Numbered from the stretch's first letter, positions 50,021 to 63,420 are shown. The stretch is 64,000 nt of DNA from Oculina patagonica (GCF_052425735.1 NC_135761.1:17484001-17548000); one strand, 5' to 3'. Numbers and translations: made by a program. Notes: generated from the letters alone by a model not told the origin.

Positions 50021-51159
50021 TAGGCTGGTGTGTTACCTCAGTCTGGAGATGAGCAAAGTGCACAAACCTGAGGTAGTGAGTCCAGTTCACTAATAAACGT
50101 AAATAAAATCATCGCGGCATCGTTGGGACAGGGTAGGGTTTTTTTTGGTGTCTAGTCTCAAAATCGGCTGAACATGGTCTCGCATACCAGCGCCACACCC
50201 CCACCCAAAAATATACAGATGTGCCCCCTCCCTGGTTTTCTGATAAAGTCAAGAAAGCAAAAGAGGATGAAATGGAAACTATTTTTTATTGCGTATTGCA
50301 CACTATTATAAATTATTTTTATTGATATTACATCTTTAGCCACAGCTTTTGTTAAATAATTTTGCTAAATCTCTTATTCCTGTATCCAATTTCTTTTTGT
50401 CGTATTGTACAAACATTCAATGATTTAAAGTCAAACTAGTTCATTTGTCAGTTCCTCTTTGCCATTACAACAAATACGTTTACACTCACTCTTAAGTTAA
50501 AGACTACGTACATTTAAAATTTTTGAACAATTCTTTTAAGCCAATTTCTCTTTGTCATTGTTTTTCATTTCTCGTATTACTCTATCAATTTACAAGAAAT
50601 ATTTTCGTCAGTTACTTTAACTTAAAATAGTTGTATATTGAAAATTTCAAAAATTCTTTTAAGCCAATTTCTTTTTGTCATTTTTCGTTCATTACATTTT
50701 GCCTATCTATTTACAAATAATTTTAAGGGGTGAACAACCCTCTCTTCAATACAAAAATGCATTTGATTTTTTTCTTATTCTTGGGCTGATTACTCTTAAA
50801 TCTTAGTAACCTGCTCCATTTAGTGCTAATATCTTACAACAAAACTCGTAAAAATATACAACAAGACTAAACATTTAACCATCTATTAATGTAGCAACTA
50901 TATTAACTCCTTACTTTCTTTACTCTATTTCTCAATAAATGGCTGTAAACGCAATTATCATTACCTTAAAAAAGATGAAATTAGAGATGAGGCTAAAATA
51001 AGTCACACCTAAGAAAAACCTACACCGAGAACAGTCCCCCTTTTTGATACGAATTTCTTGTCTTGCTTCGTTGTTGTTCACTTTTTTTAAAATTATACCT
51101 TCGCCGCCAAACAGCCTGTTGGTAGTAATTCTTTAAGTTTTACTCTTGTACTGAATTAA

Positions 51160-51540
51160 AGAGACTATGTCACGGATTTTAACAGCCCAAATGTATATTT
51201 GTGTCGTAGGAAACCTAAAAATAATGGTCCATTTTTATGAACAATTGCTATTTTAGAACGCCAAAACTATTTAAAAGCGCGTTTGGCTGCGGATGGCTCG
51301 GCCGGATGGTAATGGATTGGTTACAATTTGAAAAAGTTAGTCAACATTTTCAAGTTGTTTCTGCGCGCCTTCAAAAAAATCGATATTTATAGCCGAAGTT
51401 TGATTTCTATCCCCAAATAAAGGTTATATCTTCTGTTAAATGTTCAAAGACGGACAATGTTTTTATGGGTAAAAATGCCTACCACTTATTTCAGAACAGT
51501 CTAGAACAAAAAACTGCGTAATCCCCGTGACACAGACCCT
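51160..51540. mobile_element. Kolobok-like MITE, TTAA TSD
   Basis: TTAA|agagactatgtcacgg ... ccgtgacacagaccct|TTAA. Confidence 0.7.
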
Positions 51541-51859
51541 TTAACTTAAAAGATAACCATTACAGATCAACCCAAAGAGGGTCAGTTCTCAGCCTAGATC
51601 TTACCGTTTAAAACGGCCTAAAATCTGGTTCTGTTGACCAGGTTGATTAGGAATTCTTCGCTTTGTAATTTGTCACTATTCATATCCTATAAAAGCTAAA
51701 ACTAGAGACCTCTACTACGCATGTGTTGAGCATTTATTATAGCTAGCACAAACGCTAAAACTCAGTTATGTCATAACATAACACTTAGGGAAAATAGCTA
51801 TGCGACCGCTCCTGTAGACACACCTCTTAACGAACTAACACGCGGACGCACGTGTTCGT

Positions 51860-54800
51860 TCATAAATCAAACACCACGTTCCAGTCACTGTCCAGGGTCA
51901 GTTGCCTGTTACCAGCTCCGCCACTCTTGCCTTTTTCTCGTGCTGCGGCAAACAAAGGGTTATTGTACATTACCAAATGATCATCTACTTGTCTTGAGCC
52001 ATCTTCAGTCCTGTACAAGAAAATGCACTCATTATTAATTGTGTTTAAAAAAGACACGAAGAAACACCCCCTTTGTTAACAAGCATTTTCGACGATATTA
52101 ACGGAGAAGAACGTGATTGGGAGTCAAGATGGTCAGAGCTCTCGCTGATTTTACCATCTTATGATGTTCTTTTCGTGGAGGGTAGCCATTATTAAGAGAT
52201 TAATCATTAAGCCTTTTCCATTCAAAAATGATCAAAACCGCGTTACAAGCCTAAAAAATGAAAAAAGTAAAAAAAAAAAACTCCCTCAAAACTAAATAAA
52301 ATCTGTATAAAAATATATCATCACATAGTTACATGTAAAAACAAGTATAAAAACATGCGTTTTAGCATCAATAACAAAACAAGTTTATTTTTTTGACCCG
52401 TCTCGTGTATTTTGCTGAACTGAGATTTCTTTTTTGGTATCCAAACACGGATCAATGTGATTTTGTAAAGCTTCTCTAAACAAATGTGTGGCAAATTAAG
52501 CAAACAAAGGGTTAAAGTCTTGCTTATGTGGAAAACAATAGTACACTTGCAATAACATTTGCTTACTTTTTAAAGTTTGCTATGTCTTTGTTCAAAGAAA
52601 ATTTGAAGGGATCCCGTTTCATCTCCCAGAACTGACTGGTTTCAACACTTCATCCTAAGGTTATTGTTGTTGTTGTTATGTCGTTATAAAGCGTAAACGC
52701 ACTCGCTCCATCCTCATTATAACCAACCCTTTCTCCCTTCCACTTTAGAAAAGCCTGATACTCAGGCGACGCCGTGAGGGGGTGGAAAACTGAAATAAAA
52801 GCGTCTGTGTCAGGCTTTTCTTTCCTTTCGCGCTTCTACCCTTTCTCTCCCCCCCCCCCCCCCTTAGAAAAGCCTGATACTCAGGCTATCCTCATTATGC
52901 CATTAGACGCATAAGACAATCGGAACGATCGGAACTTATAAATTTATCTGTGATTGTTTTTGCAGTACTTACCAAGAGACTTGCTGAACTTTGTAGAACA
53001 TGTCATTCATTTCGTATTGTGAGAGGATGTCAGCTGCTGGGTTAACTTTGCCGCCAACTGAATTCATCCTCTCCAATGAACACTTCTCTTTGTCATTGTG
53101 TTGTCTGGAGTAAGGAACTTTTTTCGTTCGGGGTCTACAACTGAGCGAAAGATTCAGATATTAAACAGTAGGTCTACAAATACTCTGTTAATGTTACGAG
53201 CGGCCCTTAATTCAGGGGGGACTAACGTATAAAAGTGACTTGGGTGATCGTCGAAAATCCCCTTTCTCGTTTCGTGGTACCGAATCTTTCTTGCAAATGG
53301 CCTGTATCGTTCCTTTTTTTTCAGTTTAACATCCTTAACTAGGTATTTTAATAACTTAAGCAGCGGAACCAAACCACCAATTTCTCAGTTCGGACACCCG
53401 TCGCTATTGTAAGAGAGTCCCCCTGGAATCCACCCCCCGTGAAAGTTTGAGTGCACACAAACTTTAGGGGCGAGTCACCCAAACTAACGTTTACTCTTTT
53501 ATGCATCACGCTAAATTAACACGCGCGCATCACGCTACGTACGCGTGACTGTGTAAACACGCGCACGCCTTTTCTATCTCTAACAGCTTACCTTATCAAA
53601 GCAATCATCGCTATAGCACTGAGGCACAACAGAAGCGCAAAGCCGCCAGTGATTAAACCGATACGCGTGTTTGTCATCCATCCTTCTTTTTCCGACTTTC
53701 TGCTTTCCTTTTCCACAGAAACGTTCCCTTCACTTGGTAACAAAGTAGAGATGCTGTATTCTGTGGTTTTCAGTTCGGTTGCAGGGACTGACGATGCTAC
53801 CGTAGTGGAGGCGACATATTCTGTGGTTTTAAATTCGGTTGAAGGGACTGACGATGGTGGAGTCGTTATTTCAGGTGGGCGAGTTGTAGTAATTCCTAAA
53901 CAATGAAAGAATACATGATACAAGAAATGTAAATGATAAGAACTGACGTTTCGGTGCATCTTGCGCCATTATCAAGCTTTTTTATCACTTATTATGTAAC
54001 TCTGATAATGGCGCAAGATGCAGCGAAAAGTCGGTTCTTATCATTTATATTTCTTGCATCATGTATTTCCAAATTATTTCTTATTAGACTAATGAAAGGA
54101 TATCTTAGTTTTTCGTTCAAGTTCTCCTTAATCCCCATTCTACACCATCCTTGTCCTTCTTCGGTTTATTGATAAATCTAAAGCATCGAATCTGTTTAGC
54201 GTGAAGACGCCAGCATTCCATGTGGAAATAGCCATTTCATTCATTTTTAAACAGCATTTTTAAAACACATGTTTGCCAGGGCTCAGCTTAGACATTCTAA
54301 AAGTCGTGCGCTTCTCGTTTCCGGTTTGGTGAGCTTGACTTAGCTTCGACTTGTAAGCAAATCTAAGGGCCCCTGTGCATGTTTGCTCGCGTTGGATTTG
54401 ACTCAAGGCTTCAACAAATCAAATATTTTAATAGAGAAAGTATCAAAAAAATTTGTGCGCCTTAGTGGTGTCAGTCTCTTGCAAAGCTTAATCGATGCCG
54501 TCATGGGAATGATTAAGTTGGGTCGTCCCACGAACTCAAGCGTTCTTCTGGATTCTTTCCCAGTACATGTCTACGGATCACCTTACAATTAGAACTGGGA
54601 ATCGAATAAACTGATATGAGGCCAATCAAATGCGATCTACTGAGTAGTACTTTGGTATATTCTATTTGTTTCTACAAAATGGATTGTGGGTCATAACAAC
54701 AAAATTAACTTACTCTGAAGGCACGCGTCTCCATGCCAGCCTTCAAGGCACAATCTATGGCCCGTTTCTTCATCACAAGTGTAATGTCCTTGACTGCTGT

Positions 54801-57800
54801 TTTGTGGTCTGCAAAATACCGTGCAGTTAGGTCCGTACCAATGCCTGTAACATAACCTGCTTCCATCTACGGAATTACAACTGTAGTGTCCGGTGGAATC
54901 ATCCCTAGGGATGCAGTACACGGAGCAGTTAGGGCCATACCAAGTTGGGTGACAAATCTTTGCGCCGTCCTCAAACCCACAATCGTAATGTCCTTTAGAG
55001 TCATTGTTGGGCACACAATGCGTTGAACAGTTGGAGCCGAACCAACTCTGGTGACATATCTTGCTACCATCACTAGAATCGCATTCATAATGTCCCCGAG
55101 AGTCATTTCTTGGTGCACAGTGAACCGTGCAGTTTGGCCCAAACCAGTCTTGATGACATATCTTGGTCCCGTCTTCGACAGCACAGTGGTAGTGCCCTTG
55201 TGAGTTGTTCGTTGCTTTGCAATACGTTTTGCACTCGGATCCAAACCAATTCTCCAAACAAACCTTGCTGCCGTTAACGTTATTACACTTGTAATGCCCG
55301 TGCGAGTCATTGTGTGGTTTACAGAAGACAGAGCACAGGATTCCATACCAGTTACTGTGACACTGTTTACTTCCATCGATCTTGTTGCAATTGTAATGAC
55401 CATAATAATTGCTGTCCTGAGGAACACAGTACGCTGTGCAGTTCTGCCCATAATAGTCTGGATTGCAAATCCTTTTTCCTGTCTGCGGATGGCAAGTGTA
55501 ATGACCAGCGTGGTCATCTCTTGGCGCGCAATAAACGGTGCAATTCGGTCCATACCAGTTGCGGGCGCACAATTTACTTCCATTTATCGTGCACTCGTGT
55601 TGACCAAGAGAATTATTCTTGGCCTTGCAGTACACGGTACAGTTTTCTCCAAACCAGTTGGGCAGACACTCCTTAGCTCCAGTGCCACTGTGGCAAGTGA
55701 AATGACCTGCGGAATCGTTCCTTGGTGAACAGGAAACATCGCAGCGATCACTGAACCATCCACTGAGACACTCTCTTTTACCGGTGGTAATATTACACTT
55801 GTAACCCATGGACGAATCATTCCTGGGCGTGCAATCGCAGGATGGACCGTACCAACCTTGCAAACATATTTTGTTTCCATCTGAGTCACAACTGTAACCA
55901 GCATTCGAATAATTGGTCGGTTTACAATAAACGTCGCACTTGTTTTTACCGTACCAACTCCGCAAACAAACTTTTTGCCCCTGGGAATCACAAGTGTAAC
56001 CCGCCAGCGAGTCATTCCTAGGGATACAATGCACTTTACAGGTAGATCCAAACCAACCTTGTAGACAAATCTTTCTCCCAGTGCCAGGCTCGCATGCGTA
56101 ATGCCCATGTGTGTCATCATCATGAGGCACACAGTACACCTTACAACTGGCACCGTGCCATCCAGTTCGACACACCTTGTGACCAGTGGCTTTTTCGCAC
56201 GTGTAATGACCAGCGTTGTCGTCATCGCGTGCTACACAGTACGTGGTGCAGCTGGGTCCATAATAATCACGATTACACTGAACCGAGTACTTCAATCTAG
56301 TAGTAGAGGGACTACTTCCTAGAGTAAGTTGCCACCATTTTGTTTGTGACGCCCATGATGCGGGGACGACGGAAACTTTCTGTTGATACTTGTCTATGAG
56401 GTCATCGGCAGACGGCCATGAGTCTTCGTCATAAGCTTTGATGCTCACTACGAACGCGCCCTAGGAAATGAGATGGCGATTATAAAATATAATTTTAAGA
56501 ATGATTGACATCTTAATTTCCCTAATATGAACACAATACAAGGTCAAGCGAGCCAATGGCTGCATTTCTATGTGCTCTAAATACAAATGGTTTAAAATGA
56601 AAGATTCTTAAAACAATAAACAAATCCATACTTAAAATCTATGACACCAAGTAATACCCGATAATTGTACCAGCTAGCTTCACAAAAGCAACGCAAAAAT
56701 AGTTTTAAAAATGGTTACATGCATCCAATTATCAAGAAAGACATTTTAGCTTTTTACACAACCGGCTTTCGTAGCGGTTTTCGTTTAACTGTGAGGAATA
56801 GTTGTGGGTTTACTTTGTACGTTGAAAAAACCTGCTTTGTCCCGGATGAAAGAAATATTTTTTTCATCAATCAATCAAGAACAAAATCAAATACAGTCGT
56901 GACTTGGCCCAAGTCACGAGGTTTGTTCGCACTTGGCTCCGGTACATGTAAATTCGAGTTCTGATTGGTTCATTGCGTTGTTTTCGTTTGCTTTGATTGG
57001 CTAGATAGATTACTTTACGTCATTACTCGGCTTACCGTCCATGAAGAGAAGGACCATACCAGAGGGTTTCTTCCACCACTATGAAAGTCTTCATTCTTTT
57101 TGAACACAATGTACTTGGTGTTATCGTAGGTCTTTGTCGTGGCAGATGCTACACAGGACCCCCCAGTAGTTTGTTTCAAACATATTTCCAAATAATAGTC
57201 ACAGCTCCTACACGGTGATTCGCAACAATTCCCGTTTAAGTCATTATTAGAAGGATTCGAGAAGCTCGTCAGAAGAACAGACAATTTTCCTCCAGGGCCG
57301 GCTACTGTGACTGGAACCTGAAGAAAGTAATAGTAGACAGGAAATTGATAAAAATGGTTTTCTTCTGGTTTACCGGCGCTGTCTTTATAGCATTAATTTG
57401 AAATGCTATACTGAATACTTTTAAGTCAGTCTGTCACCTATGATTCAATCAGTGAGTCAGTCAGATGTGGTATACGTCAAGGGCAACCGCTCACGCTATT
57501 TATTCCTTTACATGCAAACTGCTACTGAAAATTAAATGAAACCTCCTGAAAATGAAATGGCTTCCTTTTAATTTTTCTACTTTTGGTATCGACGACAACC
57601 GTTCTGATCAGAACCAAGGAGTTAAATGTAAATAGAAGTTCCCTGCAAATACATCCTGACAATCGTTAACTAGAATCTGTACATCTTTGGGCACTTGGTA
57701 ACACTTTGACCCGTCTACATCGCCCATGCGCAAGAAACTATGGACTGGTAATGTTTTTTGTCTTTGTAACTGAACGCCGTTAAAACAACAACATAGTTTA

Positions 57801-60762
57801 ATAGGATCGTGCCAGTTAGCATGTTTCATGATTAGCGAGAAGAAATTGAGTTTGAACAGGTGTTTTCTGGCATGTGTTTTTTTTTTCTTGGTATCAGTAA
57901 TTGGTGAAGACGTGCAGAAGTTAACAAAACATACACCTCCTAAAAAGACATTATGGCTATTTTCTCCTACGATACGTGCGAGACGGCATTCTATAGGGGG
58001 GCGTGTACCTCTTGTTAAAGTGTATCAAATGTGTGCGTAAGATCAGTCAAGTTAGAAGGCTACAGTTAAAATGATAAAAAAATGGTACTCTGAGCGCAAA
58101 ATCAGAAATAGGAGATGCAGGTCATCCATTTTTTACTACTTAGTTTCAACGTTGTTAGCTAAAACCGCGTTCAAGTTACCGTTGATCAAAATTATTATTT
58201 CGTCGTGATTTTTTAATACATTTATACGGACGTTTTCACAAGTCTCTGTTAGTTGTCTGACCCTCACGTTAGTAGATGAAACTCTAGGGCGTGATACTTT
58301 GAATGAAATGTATTGATCGTAGCAGTACAGTAGCAGTTTTTTATACTGTACAAGATGGTTCTTTAAAGGTCTTCTAACTTTGAGTCTGTAGATCGATGAA
58401 ACCATATGATAGTCACGTGTAACCATTCAAAGCTATTGAGCAATACTAAATTAAATTTGATTTTTTTAGACAAGGCACTCTTCAGGAGCCAACGGGTTAA
58501 AGTGATAGAAATAACTGATGTATGGTTATTTTTTTTTTTATTTTGATCCTTCTTGTGCCTGTCACTAAGCAAAACAAAGTCACACTCGAACCAGTTTGAG
58601 ATAATCTTCCGTTACTTCCCGATTAAAATTAATCTCTCAGAGGGGTTTATAAATGCTTCTACGGAAGTCTTTCTAAAAATAAACAAAAGTCGAAATTTTG
58701 TAGTTTTATCAACTGGTTACTAGTTTTTAATTTCCCGTTCTAGTATATAAAACAACAAAGAGGACCTTTATTGGTCTGGAGCTGTTAACGGCCCTTCAGT
58801 ACTTAGGCCACGTATCCCATAACACTTTTAGCGATTCACCTGTGATTATCAGTTTCTACGTTCACATGAGTTGTAAGCCTGAATTCATTTCGACAAAAAA
58901 TAAATGTTGATCTGTTTGACGAAAGTATCAAAGCAAGCGTGATGTTTCATAGTCACGAAACGTATCATACAGTGCGTGTGTAGTGTTTCGTGGATGTTGA
59001 AGCCAACGATTTAGTTATGGCGCCTCGCTGGCATGAACGTTCATAGCCGTGACAAATCGGTTAATCCTCCCTCTCAATCAATCTACACTCTTAGATTGAA
59101 AACACACGTGAACGGATCGTGACGAAACGCATTTTATCAACTACTGCATGAAACAAAATAAACAGAAGATTCATTGGTGTTTTGACTAAACTTCAATTTC
59201 CATTAAACATAAACAAACGGGTTTCTCGCTGCCGGCTTTAAGAAAAACGCTTGCCATAAAGACTGCATTAACTCAAGCTGAAAAAAAAATCACAAAAAAA
59301 TCACTAAGGCCTGGTTCTTTGTATTGTCTTTAAAAAAATAAATAAAATAAGATTTTCCTTGGATTTGAGCCGATTTGTGCCGTTTGTAAGCCTAAACCTG
59401 TCTGTGTTTAGAGTGTGTCATTTGGCCTCGCGCAACAGAATGACCTTTTTCATATCTTGAGTTTTGAGTGGCATATTTCTTTTGCACTTCTAAAAAAATT
59501 CAGTTCCAAGAAACCTCACTAGATCTGCACTTTTACTGAGTTTTCTGTAGCGTTATTAGGTTCCTTCTTTTCACCAAAATTAACAGGGACATAAACCTGA
59601 CTTGTTCCGCTTGCATCAGTGGACCGCGGAATAGCCAAGGCAAACAAATGCATGCTGTCTCATAATTGCACACGCCCCTTTCTTGAAGCAGCATAACCCA
59701 CCCGTTTCACCCAACTGTTTCACTCAAGACTGCCAAATAAACCGTTGAGAGAAACGAACCACAATTAGACGAGAAAATAAATGCCTTAGCTTGGTGGAAC
59801 ATCTCTTCACGGAGCACATGGTCACTGATGAACAAGAGTCCGGCCCTGGGCGATTCTACAGATAGTCGTACAATTATGATTAATTGAAAATCGATGCGTT
59901 GCCCGTGGGAAACATTTTTGTGGTGATTTTCTAAGTGATCAGACCGGAAACCAAACCATAAAACAAGATATCCGTCTTTACCGGCAGATTGGGTAAAGTT
60001 AATTATAGCGCCACTGTAAATCCCGTGTCCAAAACATCCTTATGTGGCACCGCTACTGTGTTTTGACACATCAGGCATCTTGCAACTTGCTTTTCACTTG
60101 CGGCAACTCGAACCGACGACTCGTTAAACAAAGAAAAGATAATGAAAAGGCCTTTTTATGACAAAATATGCCCTGATCACAAAACAGGAAAGTCACCGAA
60201 TACCCGCTTTAATTGTTAAAATGACGCTACCACACACACAGACTGAAATGTATCTGCACTAAGATTTTTGGATGTTTAGTGTTTTCAATAACAAAGGCGC
60301 TGGTTTGTTAATAACCATTTTTGGGCTTAACGAAACGATGTTTCTAAGGTTTTGCGACTTTTTGCGCTTGGAAAAGCCGAAAGATTCGTTTTTTTAAGGC
60401 AGAATAAATATAAACATACGCAGCGTACCGTACGTAAGTATAATTTTCTCATGGAATACTTCCTCTTCGAGATTTCTTATTTGAGTCATGTTTCAAGCTA
60501 GAAATATTTAATTTTTGCTATAGCTTTATAATTTTAAAGTAAGGATTTAAGACAGAGAGATAAAAAAAAACTTTTGTCCCGCGAGATCGAGAGTTACGCG
60601 TCAGGTAAACTTCGAATGATGCGCGCAAAATTTCCCCTTTCTTTGGACCCCCATATAATACAATAGTATTTCTCGCAAACCTACCTGAACAGTAACGAGC
60701 AAAGATAGAAGCAGAAGAAAACTAGCGGCATTTCGGGAAACGGAGAGTTTCATCCTAACCAT
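51860..60762 (-). CDS. Poly-DSL Delta-like type-I membrane protein H (signal peptide, MNNL/C2, 15 DSL repeats, Ser/Thr stalk, TM, ~105-aa tail), ~907 aa
   Basis: Exons 60762-60685 (MVRMKLSVSRNAASFLLLLSLLVTVQ), 57317-57036, 56460-54714, 53895-53592 (TM IGLITGGFALLLCLSAIAMIALI), 53134-52973 and 52010-51860; 2724 nt in frame. Confidence 0.87.
53910..54068. repeat. Long inverted repeat (~65-bp arms) of Penelope-pLTR-like sequence next to the acceptor of the gene H TM exon
   Basis: aatacatgatacaagaaatgtaaatgataagaactgacgtttcggtgcatcttgcgccattatca pairs with tgataatggcgcaagatgcagcgaaaagtcggttcttatcatttatatttcttgcatcatgtatt. Confidence 0.85.
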
Positions 60763-63420
60763 GCGGCTTTTCAGAATTTTTTTTAGACCTCAAACAATGT
60801 CGTTGTACGAGTGTGGAAGATGCACCACTCGAAACTAAGAGCACAAGTGCGCTTTTCCGAATCCTGACAAAATCTTCTTTCCCGTCGCACGCACACTTGT
60901 CTTGCGATAAAATAACAAAATGTTGACAGTCGCCACAGCTAGCTTTGGTACGCATTGAACACGTGATCTATGTCTCAAACGCGCAGTTGTGCAATCCATG
61001 CGCGTAGGGTCAGGCTTCTTTCCGGTTCTTTTGAGACAGCGCACCTTTAATCATTTCGCGTTGTTTTGAAACGGGAGTACGTCGTTTATATTCAGTTAGT
61101 AGGTCAACATTTTGTTTTCTTTGATCTCTAGCGGGAATTGTTCTAAATCAGGGCGCTTTGTTTGTAGACGGAGTAGTCATTTTCGTGGAAATAACGGCCC
61201 ACCCGAGTAGAAACTATCATCCGCTTATTTTGCGCAGGTATCAAACAGGTGCAAACCAGTTATGAAACATCACGCCAAGCTATGCAATAAGTTTATAACG
61301 TCAGATTATAATCCACGCGTCATGAACTCTGAACTACTGATAGCGCCCAACGTTTCACAACCCGATTACGTTCAATGACCTGACTGTTATCACAAAAAAA
61401 AAGAAAAGAAAAAAAAGCTTTCCAAGAAGACTTCCAACTGTTGTGCAAAGCAGTCTAAAAACTACGCTAATTTTAAGCAGATCTCTTTAGAAGCGCACCT
61501 CAAAACGTGTTCGTGGAGATATCTCCCGCTGACGTTACGTGTGTCGACATGAAACTTTCGTGATGTTTTTGCAATATGTCTTATCGGATGAGGGGTACTT
61601 AACCTTTGGAGAAGGCGTGATTAATCGAGCAAATATGACGTTCTGCGCGTGGCGAAATTGTGAGAAATTATTTCTTCTTTGCCCAGACGGTTAGCGCAAT
61701 TCGCATATTATCACGACCTGGCATGGCAAAATACCGGAACAAATCCAGGTTAACGCCGGATTTTTTTGCGGTTGACTGGTAAGAAAATACGATCTGGGCT
61801 CCTGTCTCTGCGTAAACCAAACGTCCTCTAGAAATCAGTATGTCTTCAGTTACAAAGGGCTTACTCAGGCTTTTGTAGTCCTCTTCCTCCCATCCCTCCC
61901 CACTCTCTTCATAACAAACCCATCGCACGAGCCATTTTGTGGAGAAATAGCAGTTGCTGTCATACCCGTGCAGTCAGAGCTTTAAATAGAAACAAACGAA
62001 TTGGGCCAGGAAAAAAATGTAGACTAGTTTCGCAACATTTAGGCCGACAAAATCTGACTGCAGTTGGTTTTTTATACGCAAAATAAAACAGATCCGTATT
62101 TCAACATGTTTCAAGAGGATTATAAAATTTTGCCTTTGTCAAAGTTCAACAGTTTTAACAATTACGGTAAATTTTAAAGTAGTAAAATCTTTTTTCTCAT
62201 TCTGAAAAGTGATGCGGTGTTCGAAGTAAGTTTGACTTAGATCAACTGCCCAAACAGTCAAACACAGGGACAACCGTTTCGTGATTCTTGCTTTAGGACG
62301 TTAAGTTCATCTTTGTTTTTAGGTCTTCAGAGACGGAGCTGATCCCTCATGACCCCTCGTTAATCTGAAGTGCACGAGTAATCTCGACTTCGGTCTTCCA
62401 AACGTGAGCGATTGAGGGAACGCAAAATCACGTTACCCCCATTAAAAGAATATAAGATTCACTGCGCTCGTAACTGGCACAAAATGTACGGAGCCTATTT
62501 TAAAACTATATTAAAAAGTATCTTTTTAAGAACGATTCCATTTTTTATTTTATTTTGAACAAGTTGGTTCACATTAATTACTAATGTACAGTAGACATGC
62601 GAAGACACAAACTGACCTGTTACACTGTATTTACGTGATGCTAGATATTTATCTAGCGGTCACTTCAACAGCGTGGGTTATTTACGTTGGTAGCAATAAA
62701 TAATTTCGAAAGGAAAGGATTAAACTTGAGAAAACGCAAAACAGATGGCCGCCATCATCTCAGCTCGGAAGGGCACAGGGCTAAACGCGTCCATAAACCG
62801 AATATGTAATTGAAACGAAGCCAAACGGGAAAGAGAATGATTTATGCGGAAAAATTAGACACTACCTTTGTTCCCTACCGTTGAAAAGCTTTTTTTTTTC
62901 AAACCGCTGAAGAAATGTAAACGTTTTTTAATCGCGTAAGGCGGAAATGAAATCAGAACTGATTACGAAAGCGATATCATAGATTTCCGCTCACCTCCTG
63001 CGCGCGTATTGTAATTAAATTCGCCATGAGCCTACCAGTGTTGCTTTTCAAAACATTTTGATATCTCAGGTATGCTTTTTCCAGACCAAAATATTTACAT
63101 TAATTTTTGATTTAAATAAATCACAGTAGCCTGCAAAACAGGTTGCTTTGCGAGGGCTTAGTGCGCGATGTTTTCGCCTCTCCCGTCGCGCGAGTTACAC
63201 GCTTTGAGCACGCGCTCGCTCGCAAAACCGAAAAAATGCACATTTATTACCTATTTCAACGCTAAACCAAACTAACTGCTTTCTTCTCGCTATTAATTTC
63301 GTAGCCACCCTAACCTTGTATGATCGCCTATTTTCGGTACCAAACTATCCTCATTTTGTCTCGGTTATCCATACTAAAGTTTACTTCAGGTCGCATTCTG
63401 GTGTTCACGTCTCATGTAAA

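Noticed and set aside
61668-61928. 86-aa minus-strand ORF and nearby splice-like sites (~61686, ~62323, ~62995)
   Set aside because: No recognisable domain and no consistent phase-matched exon chain; may be UTR exons or chance.
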